Program-made: the position numbers and the translations under genes
Notes under the pieces: model-generated
What the model was told of the DNA's origin: nothing
The model's database searches: none
Seen by the model: only the letters and a program-made list of their open reading frames with translations
In this document: positions 20,067 to 28,031 of the stretch, piece after piece
Layout of the letters: each line of letters opens with the position of its first letter
Position numbering within the stretch: position 1 is the stretch's first letter
Source: Bacteroidota bacterium
GTDB lineage: Bacteria > Bacteroidota > Bacteroidia > UBA4408
Length of the DNA: 64,000 nt
Assembly (NCBI GenBank): GCA_963169745.1
Contig: CAUJCU010000015.1
Coordinates: 39,134 to 103,133, forward strand
Direction of reading: 5' to 3'

Positions 20067-21422
20067 TTAAAAAATGATGAGCCAAATATTCTTATTTTCT
20101 TGGGCCTGATAGCTTATATCTATACCGGAACTCTGCAATATTCGATAAACTACTAAAAGCCCTAAGCCCAACCCGCGAGTGTGGCTTGCATTTTTACCCC
20201 ACATAAATGGCTTAAATAAGTTGTTTTGCTCTTCGGTTGTAAGTGTAGGTCCTTTATTTATAATTTTTACAGCTTTTTTACCACCCTCATTAGCAAAAAT
20301 AGTAATTGCTACAATTTTATTAGGACTATACAAATAAGCATTTTTTATTAGATTTAAAAATGCAATTTCAAGGAGACTTGCGTTAGCATGAATTTCTAAA
20401 GCATTTTCTTTTGTTCCTAAAGATTCATCAATATTAAAATCTACACTTAAATCATGAAAATATTTGGATACCTTTTCAATGGCATTATAGATTATTTCAT
20501 CTAAACGAACCATTTCTTGTTTATCCATACTTTTATAGTTATGTCGCGTTAGCAGCAACAAAGAGTATATAAGCTCGTTTACTTGTGCTATATCTTGCAA
20601 CATCGCTTTCAGAAACTGCTTCTCTGGCTCGCTGCTAATAAGAATTCGATTTTCTATTTGAGCTGACAATCTAAGCAGAGGTGTTCTGAGTTCGTGCGAG
20701 GCGTGTGCTGTAAATTCTTTTTGTTGATGGTAAACTTCGGCAATTTGTGTCATCATCAAATTAAACTCTTTACTCAATAAATCCACTTCATTATTGCTAT
20801 TTGAAACCATTTCAAGATCTTTGTAAACATTCAAATCATTTATATTACTTATATTTTTATGAAATTGATCGAGAGGTTTTAATTGCCGTTGAACCATATA
20901 AAAGGTAAAAAACCAGGTAGCCATTAAGAACACGAGGTATGAGGCACCTAATAGAAGCATCAAAAAATTTAATTTTCTCTTACCTTGATTATCGTGAGCA
21001 GAAATTAAAGCATAAAATTCATTTTCAATACTCTTATAGAAAACACCATAAACTTCATTTATTCCGTTTTTTTTAAAAAAGGTTTTATTTTTTTTTAAAT
21101 ACTCTAAATCAGATAAAGTGTAATTAATTCGAGTATCGTCAATGCTACTGTATATAAGCTGAAAATTATGATTAAAAATTAAAGTTTTTTCATTATAAAG
21201 TTCGTTAATAGTGTTTCTGTCAATGGCTTTTACAAGGTCTTTATCTATTTCTTTAACCTCTACTAAAAGTTTAATGGTTGATAAAGCTTTTTGATTTAAT
21301 CGTGATTGAAATTCAACTTCTCTGAAATTTGAAAACCCATTAATCACAACAATACATATCAAACCATATAGGAACGAGAAAAAAAGACTGATGTAAAGTG
21401 ATATTTTTATTTTAATTGTCAC
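20067..21422 (-). CDS. sensor histidine kinase (two TM, HisKA + HATPase_c)
   Basis: 451 aa. H-box HASHELRTPL. N, G1 and G2 boxes (..NLIKNAYLYS.., ..GLGLGL..). Confidence 0.85.
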   Translation of the reverse strand: MTIKIKISLYISLFFSFLYGLICIVVINGFSNFREVEFQSRLNQKALSTIKLLVEVKEIDKDLVKAIDRNTINELYNEKTLIFNHNFQLIYSSIDDTRINYTLSDLEYLKKNKTFFKKNGINEVYGVFYKSIENEFYALISAHDNQGKRKLNFLMLLLGASYLVFLMATWFFTFYMVQRQLKPLDQFHKNISNINDLNVYKDLEMVSNSNNEVDLLSKEFNLMMTQIAEVYHQQKEFTAHASHELRTPLLRLSAQIENRILISSEPEKQFLKAMLQDIAQVNELIYSLLLLTRHNYKSMDKQEMVRLDEIIYNAIEKVSKYFHDLSVDFNIDESLGTKENALEIHANASLLEIAFLNLIKNAYLYSPNKIVAITIFANEGGKKAVKIINKGPTLTTEEQNNLFKPFMWGKNASHTRGLGLGLLVVYRILQSSGIDISYQAQENKNIWLIIF

Positions 21423-22102
21423 TCTTCTATTTTTAAGTAATAACCAAATCCTACCTTGGTATGAATTAGTTTTTTCTCGAATGCTTTATCAATTTTATTT
21501 CTAAGAAAGTTGATATACACTTCAATGGTATTTTCACTGGCATCAATATTATAATCCCAAAGTGCCTCACTTATTTGTTTTTTTGAGAGCACCCTACCGT
21601 TAGCTTCTACCAGCAAATGCAAAAGTTTATACTCTTTTGGCGTAAGTTTTACTTCTTTCCCATTCCGCCATACTGTTTTGCTTTCTGTATCAATATTTAA
21701 ATCAAAGTTTTGTAAAAGATTTTGATCGCTTATTGGGTTTTGTTTTCTACGCAATAACGCTTCAATGCGAATATGAAGCTCTTCGAGCAGAAAAGGTTTA
21801 ACCAGGTAATCATCAGCACCATATTTAAAGGCTTCTACCTTTTCTTCAATTTCACCAAAGGCAGTAAGCATAATAATAGGGCTCTTTGAATCTGCAATGC
21901 GAATTGTTTTACAAATATCAAGACCATTTATTTTAGGAACATTTATGTCTAAAAGAAAAATGTCAAAAGCTTCTGTTTTATGGAGTTTAAGAAATATTTC
22001 CCCATCAAAGGCTATTTGGCAATGCATACCTTTGGCCTTTAAAAAATCTTTTATTTGATGAGCAATGGTTGTTTCATCTTCTAACAAAAGTACTTTAGTC
22101 AT
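21419..22102 (-). CDS. OmpR/PhoB-family response regulator
   Basis: 227 aa. Receiver domain (DD...D54-like LLDINVP...K) plus C-terminal winged-helix trans_reg_C. 4-nt overlap with the kinase gene. Confidence 0.9.
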   Translation of the reverse strand: MTKVLLLEDETTIAHQIKDFLKAKGMHCQIAFDGEIFLKLHKTEAFDIFLLDINVPKINGLDICKTIRIADSKSPIIMLTAFGEIEEKVEAFKYGADDYLVKPFLLEELHIRIEALLRRKQNPISDQNLLQNFDLNIDTESKTVWRNGKEVKLTPKEYKLLHLLVEANGRVLSKKQISEALWDYNIDASENTIEVYINFLRNKIDKAFEKKLIHTKVGFGYYLKIEE

Positions 22103-22208
22103 AATATTTTAACAATAGAAAAGAATGAAGCACTATGCAGTGTAAATTTAGTTTGTTAAATTAATAGCAAATATATAAATAGTATGCGTGGTATGTCCTA
22201 TAAAAAAC

Positions 22209-22238
22209 AAAAGAACCGTTTGTAGAAACGGCTCTTTT
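22209..22238. terminator. orphan intrinsic-terminator-like hairpin in a divergent intergenic region
   Basis: caaaa-gaaccgttt-gtag-aaacggctc-ttttg (9-bp stem, 1 mismatch, GC core). The T-run is longer on the - strand (TTTTGTTTTTT). No gene ends here on either strand. Confidence 0.3.
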
Positions 22239-22437
22239 GAAAAACATACAAACAACTTAACAATTTAATGATAGAAAATTCCTGACCAAAAGAATTAACA
22301 TCTGAAACAATTATAAAGCTTTGTTTTCTTATACGTTTAATTCAAATTTTTCGTTAGCAACATCTATAATTTGTGCGGATAATTTCTTTTCTTTTTTCCA
22401 AATAAGGTTAAAGCATTGGGGAGCTTGTTAATATTCT

Positions 22438-22445
22438 TATTTTTG
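22438..22445 (+). promoter_or_regulatory. -7 box (TATTTTTG) for the 695-aa membrane protein gene
   Basis: 27 nt upstream of the TTG start at 22473. A TTG lies 19 nt further upstream (22416-22418). Confidence 0.4.
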
Positions 22446-22472
22446 CAGGTCAATTTTTAAAAATTTGGGGTT

Positions 22473-24560
22473 TTGATTCGCTTGGTTACTGAATATCCGA
22501 TTTGGCTTAGTGTGCTATGCCTGGCCTTTGGGGCAATAGCGGCTTACTTGCTTTATGGCAAATTGGTTAGATATGACGGGCTACCTGCTTTTTTGAGAAA
22601 TACAATGGCTGTCTTTCGTTTTCTGGCTGTAACTATTCTTAGTTTCTTATTACTTTCTCCTTTACTTAAAACTTTATTTCGCACTGTTGAAAAGCCTGTT
22701 ATAGTAATTGCTCAAGATAATTCTGCTTCATTAAATTTAAATACAGACAGTATTTTTCTTAAAGGGGAGTATTCAAGAAAAATAGCTAACTTAACTGAAG
22801 CACTTCACGATAAGTACCAGGTGGTACATTATTTATTTGGCCAAAAGGTTGAACAGAAAACTATACCAAATTATAAGGATAAGGTAACCAACATGGAACA
22901 ACTTATTGAAGAATTGGAAACTCGTTATGTAAACAGAAACTTAGGTGCTGTTATTATAAGTAGTGATGGATTGTATAATGAGGGTGAGAATCCGCTTTAT
23001 GAAAGCATTCGATTACGGGCTCCAATATATACTATTGCTATGGGAGATACCACCGTTAAAAAAGATTTTATTTTAGCCAAGGTAAACCATAATAAGACCG
23101 TGTACACCGGTAATTCATTTCCTTTAGAAATATTAATGCAAGCACAAATGATGGGAGGGAAGGAAGCTAAAATTAAAGTTGAAAAAGACGGAAAAGTATT
23201 GTTTGAACAACATGTAAAAGTTTATAATAATCGTTTTAGCAAGGTTATTCCATTGCAGCTTAAAGCCGATGGAAAAGGAACATTGCATTATATTGTTAGA
23301 ATAGAACCCGATTCAGAAGAGTTGTCGGTACTCAATAATGTTCAACATATTTTTATTGATGTTATTAGTAACAAGCAAAAAGTATTGATTTTAGCAGATG
23401 CTCCACATCCCGACATTGCTGCTATACGTCAAACAATAAATAAAAATGAAAATTATGAATCTGAATTTAGCCTCATTAACGATTTCAATAAATCACCGGA
23501 TTCGTATAATTTAATTATTCTGCATCAATTGCCATCCTTAAGTTCGAGTCAGCATAAATTTTTTAACGAGCTGCAAAAAAGTAGTGTTTCTCGTCTTTTT
23601 ATTACCGGATATAATACGGTCTTTAATACTTTTAACAAACAGCAAAATGTATTACAAATTAATGGGGTTCGACCAGGTTTTAGCGAAGTTACACCTGTGT
23701 TAAACAATGACTTTTCACTGTTCTCATTAAGCGAGTCAACACAAAAATCACTAACCAATTTTGCTCCTTTAGTAAGCCCTTTTGGAACAATTAAATTAAG
23801 CTCGGGTGCAGCAGTGCTATTTCAGCAACGAATTAACATGATTTCCACAACCGAGCCACTAATCGCTTTTAACGAGATTAATGGAGTTAAAACCGGAGTT
23901 GTTTTAGGAGAAGGTCTTTGGCGCTGGCGTTTAAGTGATTATCAAAAAATGCAGAACCACAATGCTTTTCAGGAGCTAATGGGTAAGATTATTCAGTATA
24001 TGAGTGTTAAAACAGACAAACGCCCGCTTCGAGTTAATACACAAAACATATACCACGAAGGGGAGAATATTTTTATTGATGCCAAATTGTACAACGAAAG
24101 TGAGGAGTTAACCACACAACCCGATGTTAAGTTGATTATTACCGATGAAAATAATAAACAATTCAATTTCCAATTCTCAAAAAATGAACTTGGCTATTTT
24201 ATAAATATTCCAAGTTTGCCGGTAGGTACATATACATATCAGGCTTTAACTAATTTAGGAAATAAACAAGTAAAAGAAAGCGGTTCATTTATTGTTAAGC
24301 AAATAAATATTGAAGCTTTAAATACGGCAGCCAACCACCAATTACTAAATAATATTGCCCATAAAACACAAGGTCAAATGGTTTATCCTAACCAACTTGA
24401 AAAACTTGAAAAGTTTATAAATTCTAAAGAGGATATTGTCCCTGTTTCATATACTGAAGAGAAATTACAAGACCTGATCAACTTAAAACTTGTATTTTTC
24501 ATTTTAATTGCTCTGCTTAGCGTTGAGTGGTTTTTACGAAAGCGCTACGGTGGATATTAA
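22473..24560 (+). CDS. large membrane-anchored hypothetical protein (N-terminal 2 TM + C-terminal TM; Bat/VWA-like family suspected)
   Basis: 695 aa, TTG start. Two N-terminal TM helices, a large soluble middle and a C-terminal anchor ending ..SVEWFLRKRYGGY. That tail recalls BatA-type/aerotolerance-operon-associated proteins. Family assignment not verified. Confidence 0.4.
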   Translation: MIRLVTEYPIWLSVLCLAFGAIAAYLLYGKLVRYDGLPAFLRNTMAVFRFLAVTILSFLLLSPLLKTLFRTVEKPVIVIAQDNSASLNLNTDSIFLKGEYSRKIANLTEALHDKYQVVHYLFGQKVEQKTIPNYKDKVTNMEQLIEELETRYVNRNLGAVIISSDGLYNEGENPLYESIRLRAPIYTIAMGDTTVKKDFILAKVNHNKTVYTGNSFPLEILMQAQMMGGKEAKIKVEKDGKVLFEQHVKVYNNRFSKVIPLQLKADGKGTLHYIVRIEPDSEELSVLNNVQHIFIDVISNKQKVLILADAPHPDIAAIRQTINKNENYESEFSLINDFNKSPDSYNLIILHQLPSLSSSQHKFFNELQKSSVSRLFITGYNTVFNTFNKQQNVLQINGVRPGFSEVTPVLNNDFSLFSLSESTQKSLTNFAPLVSPFGTIKLSSGAAVLFQQRINMISTTEPLIAFNEINGVKTGVVLGEGLWRWRLSDYQKMQNHNAFQELMGKIIQYMSVKTDKRPLRVNTQNIYHEGENIFIDAKLYNESEELTTQPDVKLIITDENNKQFNFQFSKNELGYFINIPSLPVGTYTYQALTNLGNKQVKESGSFIVKQINIEALNTAANHQLLNNIAHKTQGQMVYPNQLEKLEKFINSKEDIVPVSYTEEKLQDLINLKLVFFILIALLSVEWFLRKRYGGY

Positions 24561-24684
24561 CATTATGGCTTGAGATAAGCACTTATTCCACATACATAGG
24601 TTTATTCTTTAGGTGAATAGAAACTCTTATTCCGCTTGAAGAAAAGAGCCACTAGCTAACTCGGTTTTAACAAAATAACTTTTA

Positions 24685-24692
24685 CCCCCCCC
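24685..24692 (+). repeat. homopolymeric C8 tract (followed by A6) upstream of the T9SS glucan locus promoter
   Basis: ttttaCCCCCCCCaaaaaata. This is the only C/G homopolymer of this length I saw in the window. It lies about 34 nt upstream of the -7 box. Confidence 0.9.
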
Positions 24693-24703
24693 AAAAAATA
24701 AGT

Positions 24704-24721
24704 TTTGAATATTTATTCAAA
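24704..24721. promoter_or_regulatory. perfect 8+2+8 palindrome TTTGAATA-TT-TATTCAAA (candidate operator) in the promoter spacer
   Basis: Read directly. Its left arm contains the -33-like TTTG and its right arm ends 4 nt before the -7 box at 24726. Confidence 0.45.
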
Positions 24722-24725
24722 TTCT

Positions 24726-24733
24726 TAACTTTG
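24726..24733 (+). promoter_or_regulatory. -7 box (TAACTTTG) for the T9SS locus
   Basis: TAnnTTTG with TTTG 18 nt upstream (24704-24707). 62 nt upstream of the ATG at 24796. Confidence 0.45.
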
Positions 24734-24795
24734 TTCTTGAAAGTGTATAAATGACACATTATAAGTTTTAACTGATAACAGGCATTAAATTTAAT

Positions 24796-26979
24796 ATGAA
24801 AAAAGTATTTCTTGTATTCTTTTTTAGTTGTTTACTTTCGATGTATAGTATCGTATTTAGTCAAAATTACCCCTTAGGAAACGACACCCTAATATGCAAT
24901 GGACAAGGTTATACTCTTCAACCATTTGCAGCACTTAGCCTTTTTGAAGATTCGCTGGTTATAACTTATAATGCCTCAATGGGAACAACTCAGCTCGTAG
25001 GTGCCGCAAAGGTTTATATGCATGCCGGATATCAGGAGGTACCCTTTGGACCCATCGTTTCATGGGTGGGAAACTGGGGGCAAGACGATGGCTTAGGCTT
25101 AATGAAAAGTTTAGGAAATAATTTTTGGCGTATTACAATCCATCTGCGTCATTTTTTTAATATTCCACAAGGTGTTTCTGTAAATGCTTTGGCCATGGTT
25201 TTCAGAAATGAAGATGGTTCTCAAACCGGAAAAGATGATTCAGGAAACGATATTTATTTGATGGTTAATACCAATACTCCAAATAGCACATTTAATGGGG
25301 TAACTGGTTTTATAAAGCAAGATAAGTTTCAAAATATTTTATGGAACACCGGAGATTCGACAGCAACGCTTACAGTAAATACGTCCGGGCATTATTCTTA
25401 TCAGGCAACTGATACCAATGGTGTAGCTTACAGTGATGATATTCAAGTTACCTATACGGCTTTACAACTAGATTTAGGTGGTGCTGTGAGTTTGTGTGGG
25501 AATAACCCTGTTTTACTAAATGCCGGAGTAGGTTTTGATACTTACTTATGGAATACAGGGGCTACTTCTCAAAGTATTAATGTAAATACAACCGGCACTT
25601 ATTTTGTAACGATTCAAACACAAGGCTGTTCAGCTACAGATAGTATTCAGGTATTAAGCACAATGCCGGGTGTAGTTCCCTTAAATTTAGGAAATGATAC
25701 TACCATCTGTGGCACTTTCCCTTTTGCTCTTCAATCGGGTGCTGTACTTTCTCCGGCAGGTGACAGCTTGACAATTATTTATAATGCCACTATGGGGCAA
25801 TCACAATTAAGTGGTGTTTCAAAAGTGTATTTTCATTCAGGAGTTCAATCGGTTCCTTCTGGCCCTATATTAACTTGGATAGGGAATTGGGGGCAAGATG
25901 ATGGAGTTGGTCAAATGACGAACATGGGGAATAATTTATGGAAAATTACCATAAATATTTATAACTATTATGGACTTCAGTTGGGTACACCCGTTAATGC
26001 TCTGGCAATGGTGTTCCGCAATTCAGATGGCTCTCTTACTGGAAAAGATGACAACAATAACGATATTTATCTTCAATTGGGAGCAACTCCTTATAGTGAT
26101 TTTGGCGGTATAAATGCAACACCATATTTTAGCCCTTATTCAGCAATCCTTTGGTCAACCGGAGATACGGTTCCTAATATTACTGTAAACACCTCAGGAA
26201 CGTATTCGGTACAAGTAAGCACCACTAATGGTTGCACCATGTTTGATACGATACAGGTAAGTATGGGTAATATCCCATTTATTGATGCCGGTTCCAGCCA
26301 GCAAATATGTTCAGGCGATAGTGTCGTCTTAGATGCAGGGTCAGGTTATAGTACTTACACTTGGAATACAGGAGATACTACTTCGGCCATTACTGTTACA
26401 ACTACAGGCACATATATTATCAATGTTACCAATACTTTGGGTTGTATTGGAGCTGATGTTGTAAATATTGAATTAATTCCTTCACCTCAAGCCTCGTTTA
26501 CTTATACCTCTGTAGGAAATGGTCAGGTAAATTTTACGAGCACGGCTACAGATGCACTTTTTTATTCGTGGGATTTTAATGCTGATGGAGTGATTGATGC
26601 GTCTACCCCCAATCCTTCGTATCAGTTTCCATCTGATGGAACTTATAATGTCGTGTTTAATGTATCTAACAATTGTGATAGCAATACCGTAACTATACCT
26701 GTAAATATATTAAGTTCGATAACTACTAATTTAATTTCTAATAACATTCAATTGTTCCCTAATCCCATACTAGATTTCTTAACCATTATAAACAAAAGTA
26801 ATACCCAATTAACAACAATTGAAATTTATGACCTTACCGGAAAAAAACTACAGACTATAAGCCATCTTCCACCGGATGAAAAAATAATCATTAATTTATT
26901 ACCTCTTTCAACAGGGATGTACTTTATCAAAATTTCAACATCGCAGCACACTCAAATCTTCAAAATAAATAAATCTTAA
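24796..26979 (+). CDS. T9SS-secreted multidomain protein: 2x(unassigned module + 2 WxTGxT repeats) + PKD domain + type-A T9SS C-terminal sorting domain
   Basis: 727 aa, signal peptide. Duplicated ~104-aa module (aa 53-156 and 324-426). Four W(N/S)TG(D/A)(S/T)..(I/L)(T/N)V.T.G.Y repeats (three of the four also carry a downstream ..GC.. block). PKD signature YSWDFNADG. C-terminal LFPNP...MYFIKI...FKINKS Por-secretion tail. Confidence 0.75.
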   Translation: MKKVFLVFFFSCLLSMYSIVFSQNYPLGNDTLICNGQGYTLQPFAALSLFEDSLVITYNASMGTTQLVGAAKVYMHAGYQEVPFGPIVSWVGNWGQDDGLGLMKSLGNNFWRITIHLRHFFNIPQGVSVNALAMVFRNEDGSQTGKDDSGNDIYLMVNTNTPNSTFNGVTGFIKQDKFQNILWNTGDSTATLTVNTSGHYSYQATDTNGVAYSDDIQVTYTALQLDLGGAVSLCGNNPVLLNAGVGFDTYLWNTGATSQSINVNTTGTYFVTIQTQGCSATDSIQVLSTMPGVVPLNLGNDTTICGTFPFALQSGAVLSPAGDSLTIIYNATMGQSQLSGVSKVYFHSGVQSVPSGPILTWIGNWGQDDGVGQMTNMGNNLWKITINIYNYYGLQLGTPVNALAMVFRNSDGSLTGKDDNNNDIYLQLGATPYSDFGGINATPYFSPYSAILWSTGDTVPNITVNTSGTYSVQVSTTNGCTMFDTIQVSMGNIPFIDAGSSQQICSGDSVVLDAGSGYSTYTWNTGDTTSAITVTTTGTYIINVTNTLGCIGADVVNIELIPSPQASFTYTSVGNGQVNFTSTATDALFYSWDFNADGVIDASTPNPSYQFPSDGTYNVVFNVSNNCDSNTVTIPVNILSSITTNLISNNIQLFPNPILDFLTIINKSNTQLTTIEIYDLTGKKLQTISHLPPDEKIIINLLPLSTGMYFIKISTSQHTQIFKINKS

Positions 26980-26993
26980 ATTTTATCAGAACC

Positions 26994-27935
26994 ATGAAAC
27001 TAAGTTTAAAAATTTTAGTACTTGCCCTTTTAATCCCACCGGCAACACTTTGGGCACAACAAACGCATCATATAAAAATTCAATTAGATACGCGAAAATT
27101 TACCAATATCAACTGTAGCTTAAATGCTCCGGCAGATGGCGTTACACCTTCTCCATTAACTGATGTATATATGCATTCCGGAGTATGTTGGAAAGACCCA
27201 AACAACATCAGCAGTGAATCTGCCGCAAGTGTTTTTTGTGCAGCTCAAATTACTCCGCTTCACTCTGCTGTATGGCAAAGTGTAGTAGGTAATTGGGGAA
27301 CCAATCCTCAAGATGATGGTGTAGGAAAAATGATTAATGAAGGGAATGGAATATTTACCAAAGAATTTATTGTGGAAGAGTATTATAGTTCTCCTGATGT
27401 GTCAACAGATTTTGATGATACTAGTGGCGTAACATCTATGCCTATGCCGAGCGGAAGAACAGCCTATACTATGGGGTTGGTGTTTAGAGACCCCACCGGT
27501 CAAATTTCAGGACGTGATCCTGACTGTAAAGATATTTTTATTTATCAATTGGACACTGAGCATCCCAAGGTAATTAAAGGCTCAGATATTTCAGAATGGT
27601 TAGACGGGCCGGTTTCATTTGTTTACAACGTTTCGGGCATTGAAACCAACGAGTTGTTTTATGAAAGAAATGTATCACCCAACCCACTTTCAGGAGACAT
27701 GGCACATATTAATTTTTTTGTACGTAATTATCAAAAAGATTTTGAAATTAATGTATATGACGCTCTTGGCCATTTAGTGAAAACTATTTATAAAGGAGAA
27801 TTACAAGCAGGAAAGCAAATTGCTCATTGGAATTTATCCGATAACCATGGTCAAACTGTAAGCAATGGTATGTATTATTTTACATTACGTAGTGGAAACA
27901 ATATGGCCACTGATAAAATAATTGTAACCAGATAA
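26994..27935 (+). CDS. T9SS-secreted protein carrying one copy of the same unassigned module + type-A CTD
   Basis: 313 aa, signal peptide. VYMHSG...VGNWGTNPQDDGVGKM...GLVFRDPTGQISGRDPDCKDIFI aligns with the module in the flanking genes. C-terminal SPNP...MYYFTLRS...IIVTR tail. 14-nt gap from the upstream gene. Confidence 0.7.
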   Translation: MKLSLKILVLALLIPPATLWAQQTHHIKIQLDTRKFTNINCSLNAPADGVTPSPLTDVYMHSGVCWKDPNNISSESAASVFCAAQITPLHSAVWQSVVGNWGTNPQDDGVGKMINEGNGIFTKEFIVEEYYSSPDVSTDFDDTSGVTSMPMPSGRTAYTMGLVFRDPTGQISGRDPDCKDIFIYQLDTEHPKVIKGSDISEWLDGPVSFVYNVSGIETNELFYERNVSPNPLSGDMAHINFFVRNYQKDFEINVYDALGHLVKTIYKGELQAGKQIAHWNLSDNHGQTVSNGMYYFTLRSGNNMATDKIIVTR

Positions 27936-27961
27936 TTTTAAAAAAAGAAAAAGTAAAGGAT

Positions 27962-27998
27962 AAAGGTTGATGTAAAAGCGCATCAGCCTTTATTTATA
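27962..27998 (+). terminator. intrinsic terminator after the 313-aa T9SS gene
   Basis: aaaggttgatg-(8 nt loop)-catcagccttt, an 11-bp stem with one G-U, followed by the U-rich tttatttat. Confidence 0.5.
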
Positions 27999-28031
27999 AA
28001 TAGGGACAATTTTAAACGACTACAAATTAAT

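Noticed and set aside
14492-22102. RND efflux operon plus adjacent two-component system as a possible novel system
   Set aside because: It is the standard CzcCBA/CusCBA-type heavy-metal efflux arrangement with a cognate OmpR/HisKA pair. Nothing is unusual beyond short gene overlaps.
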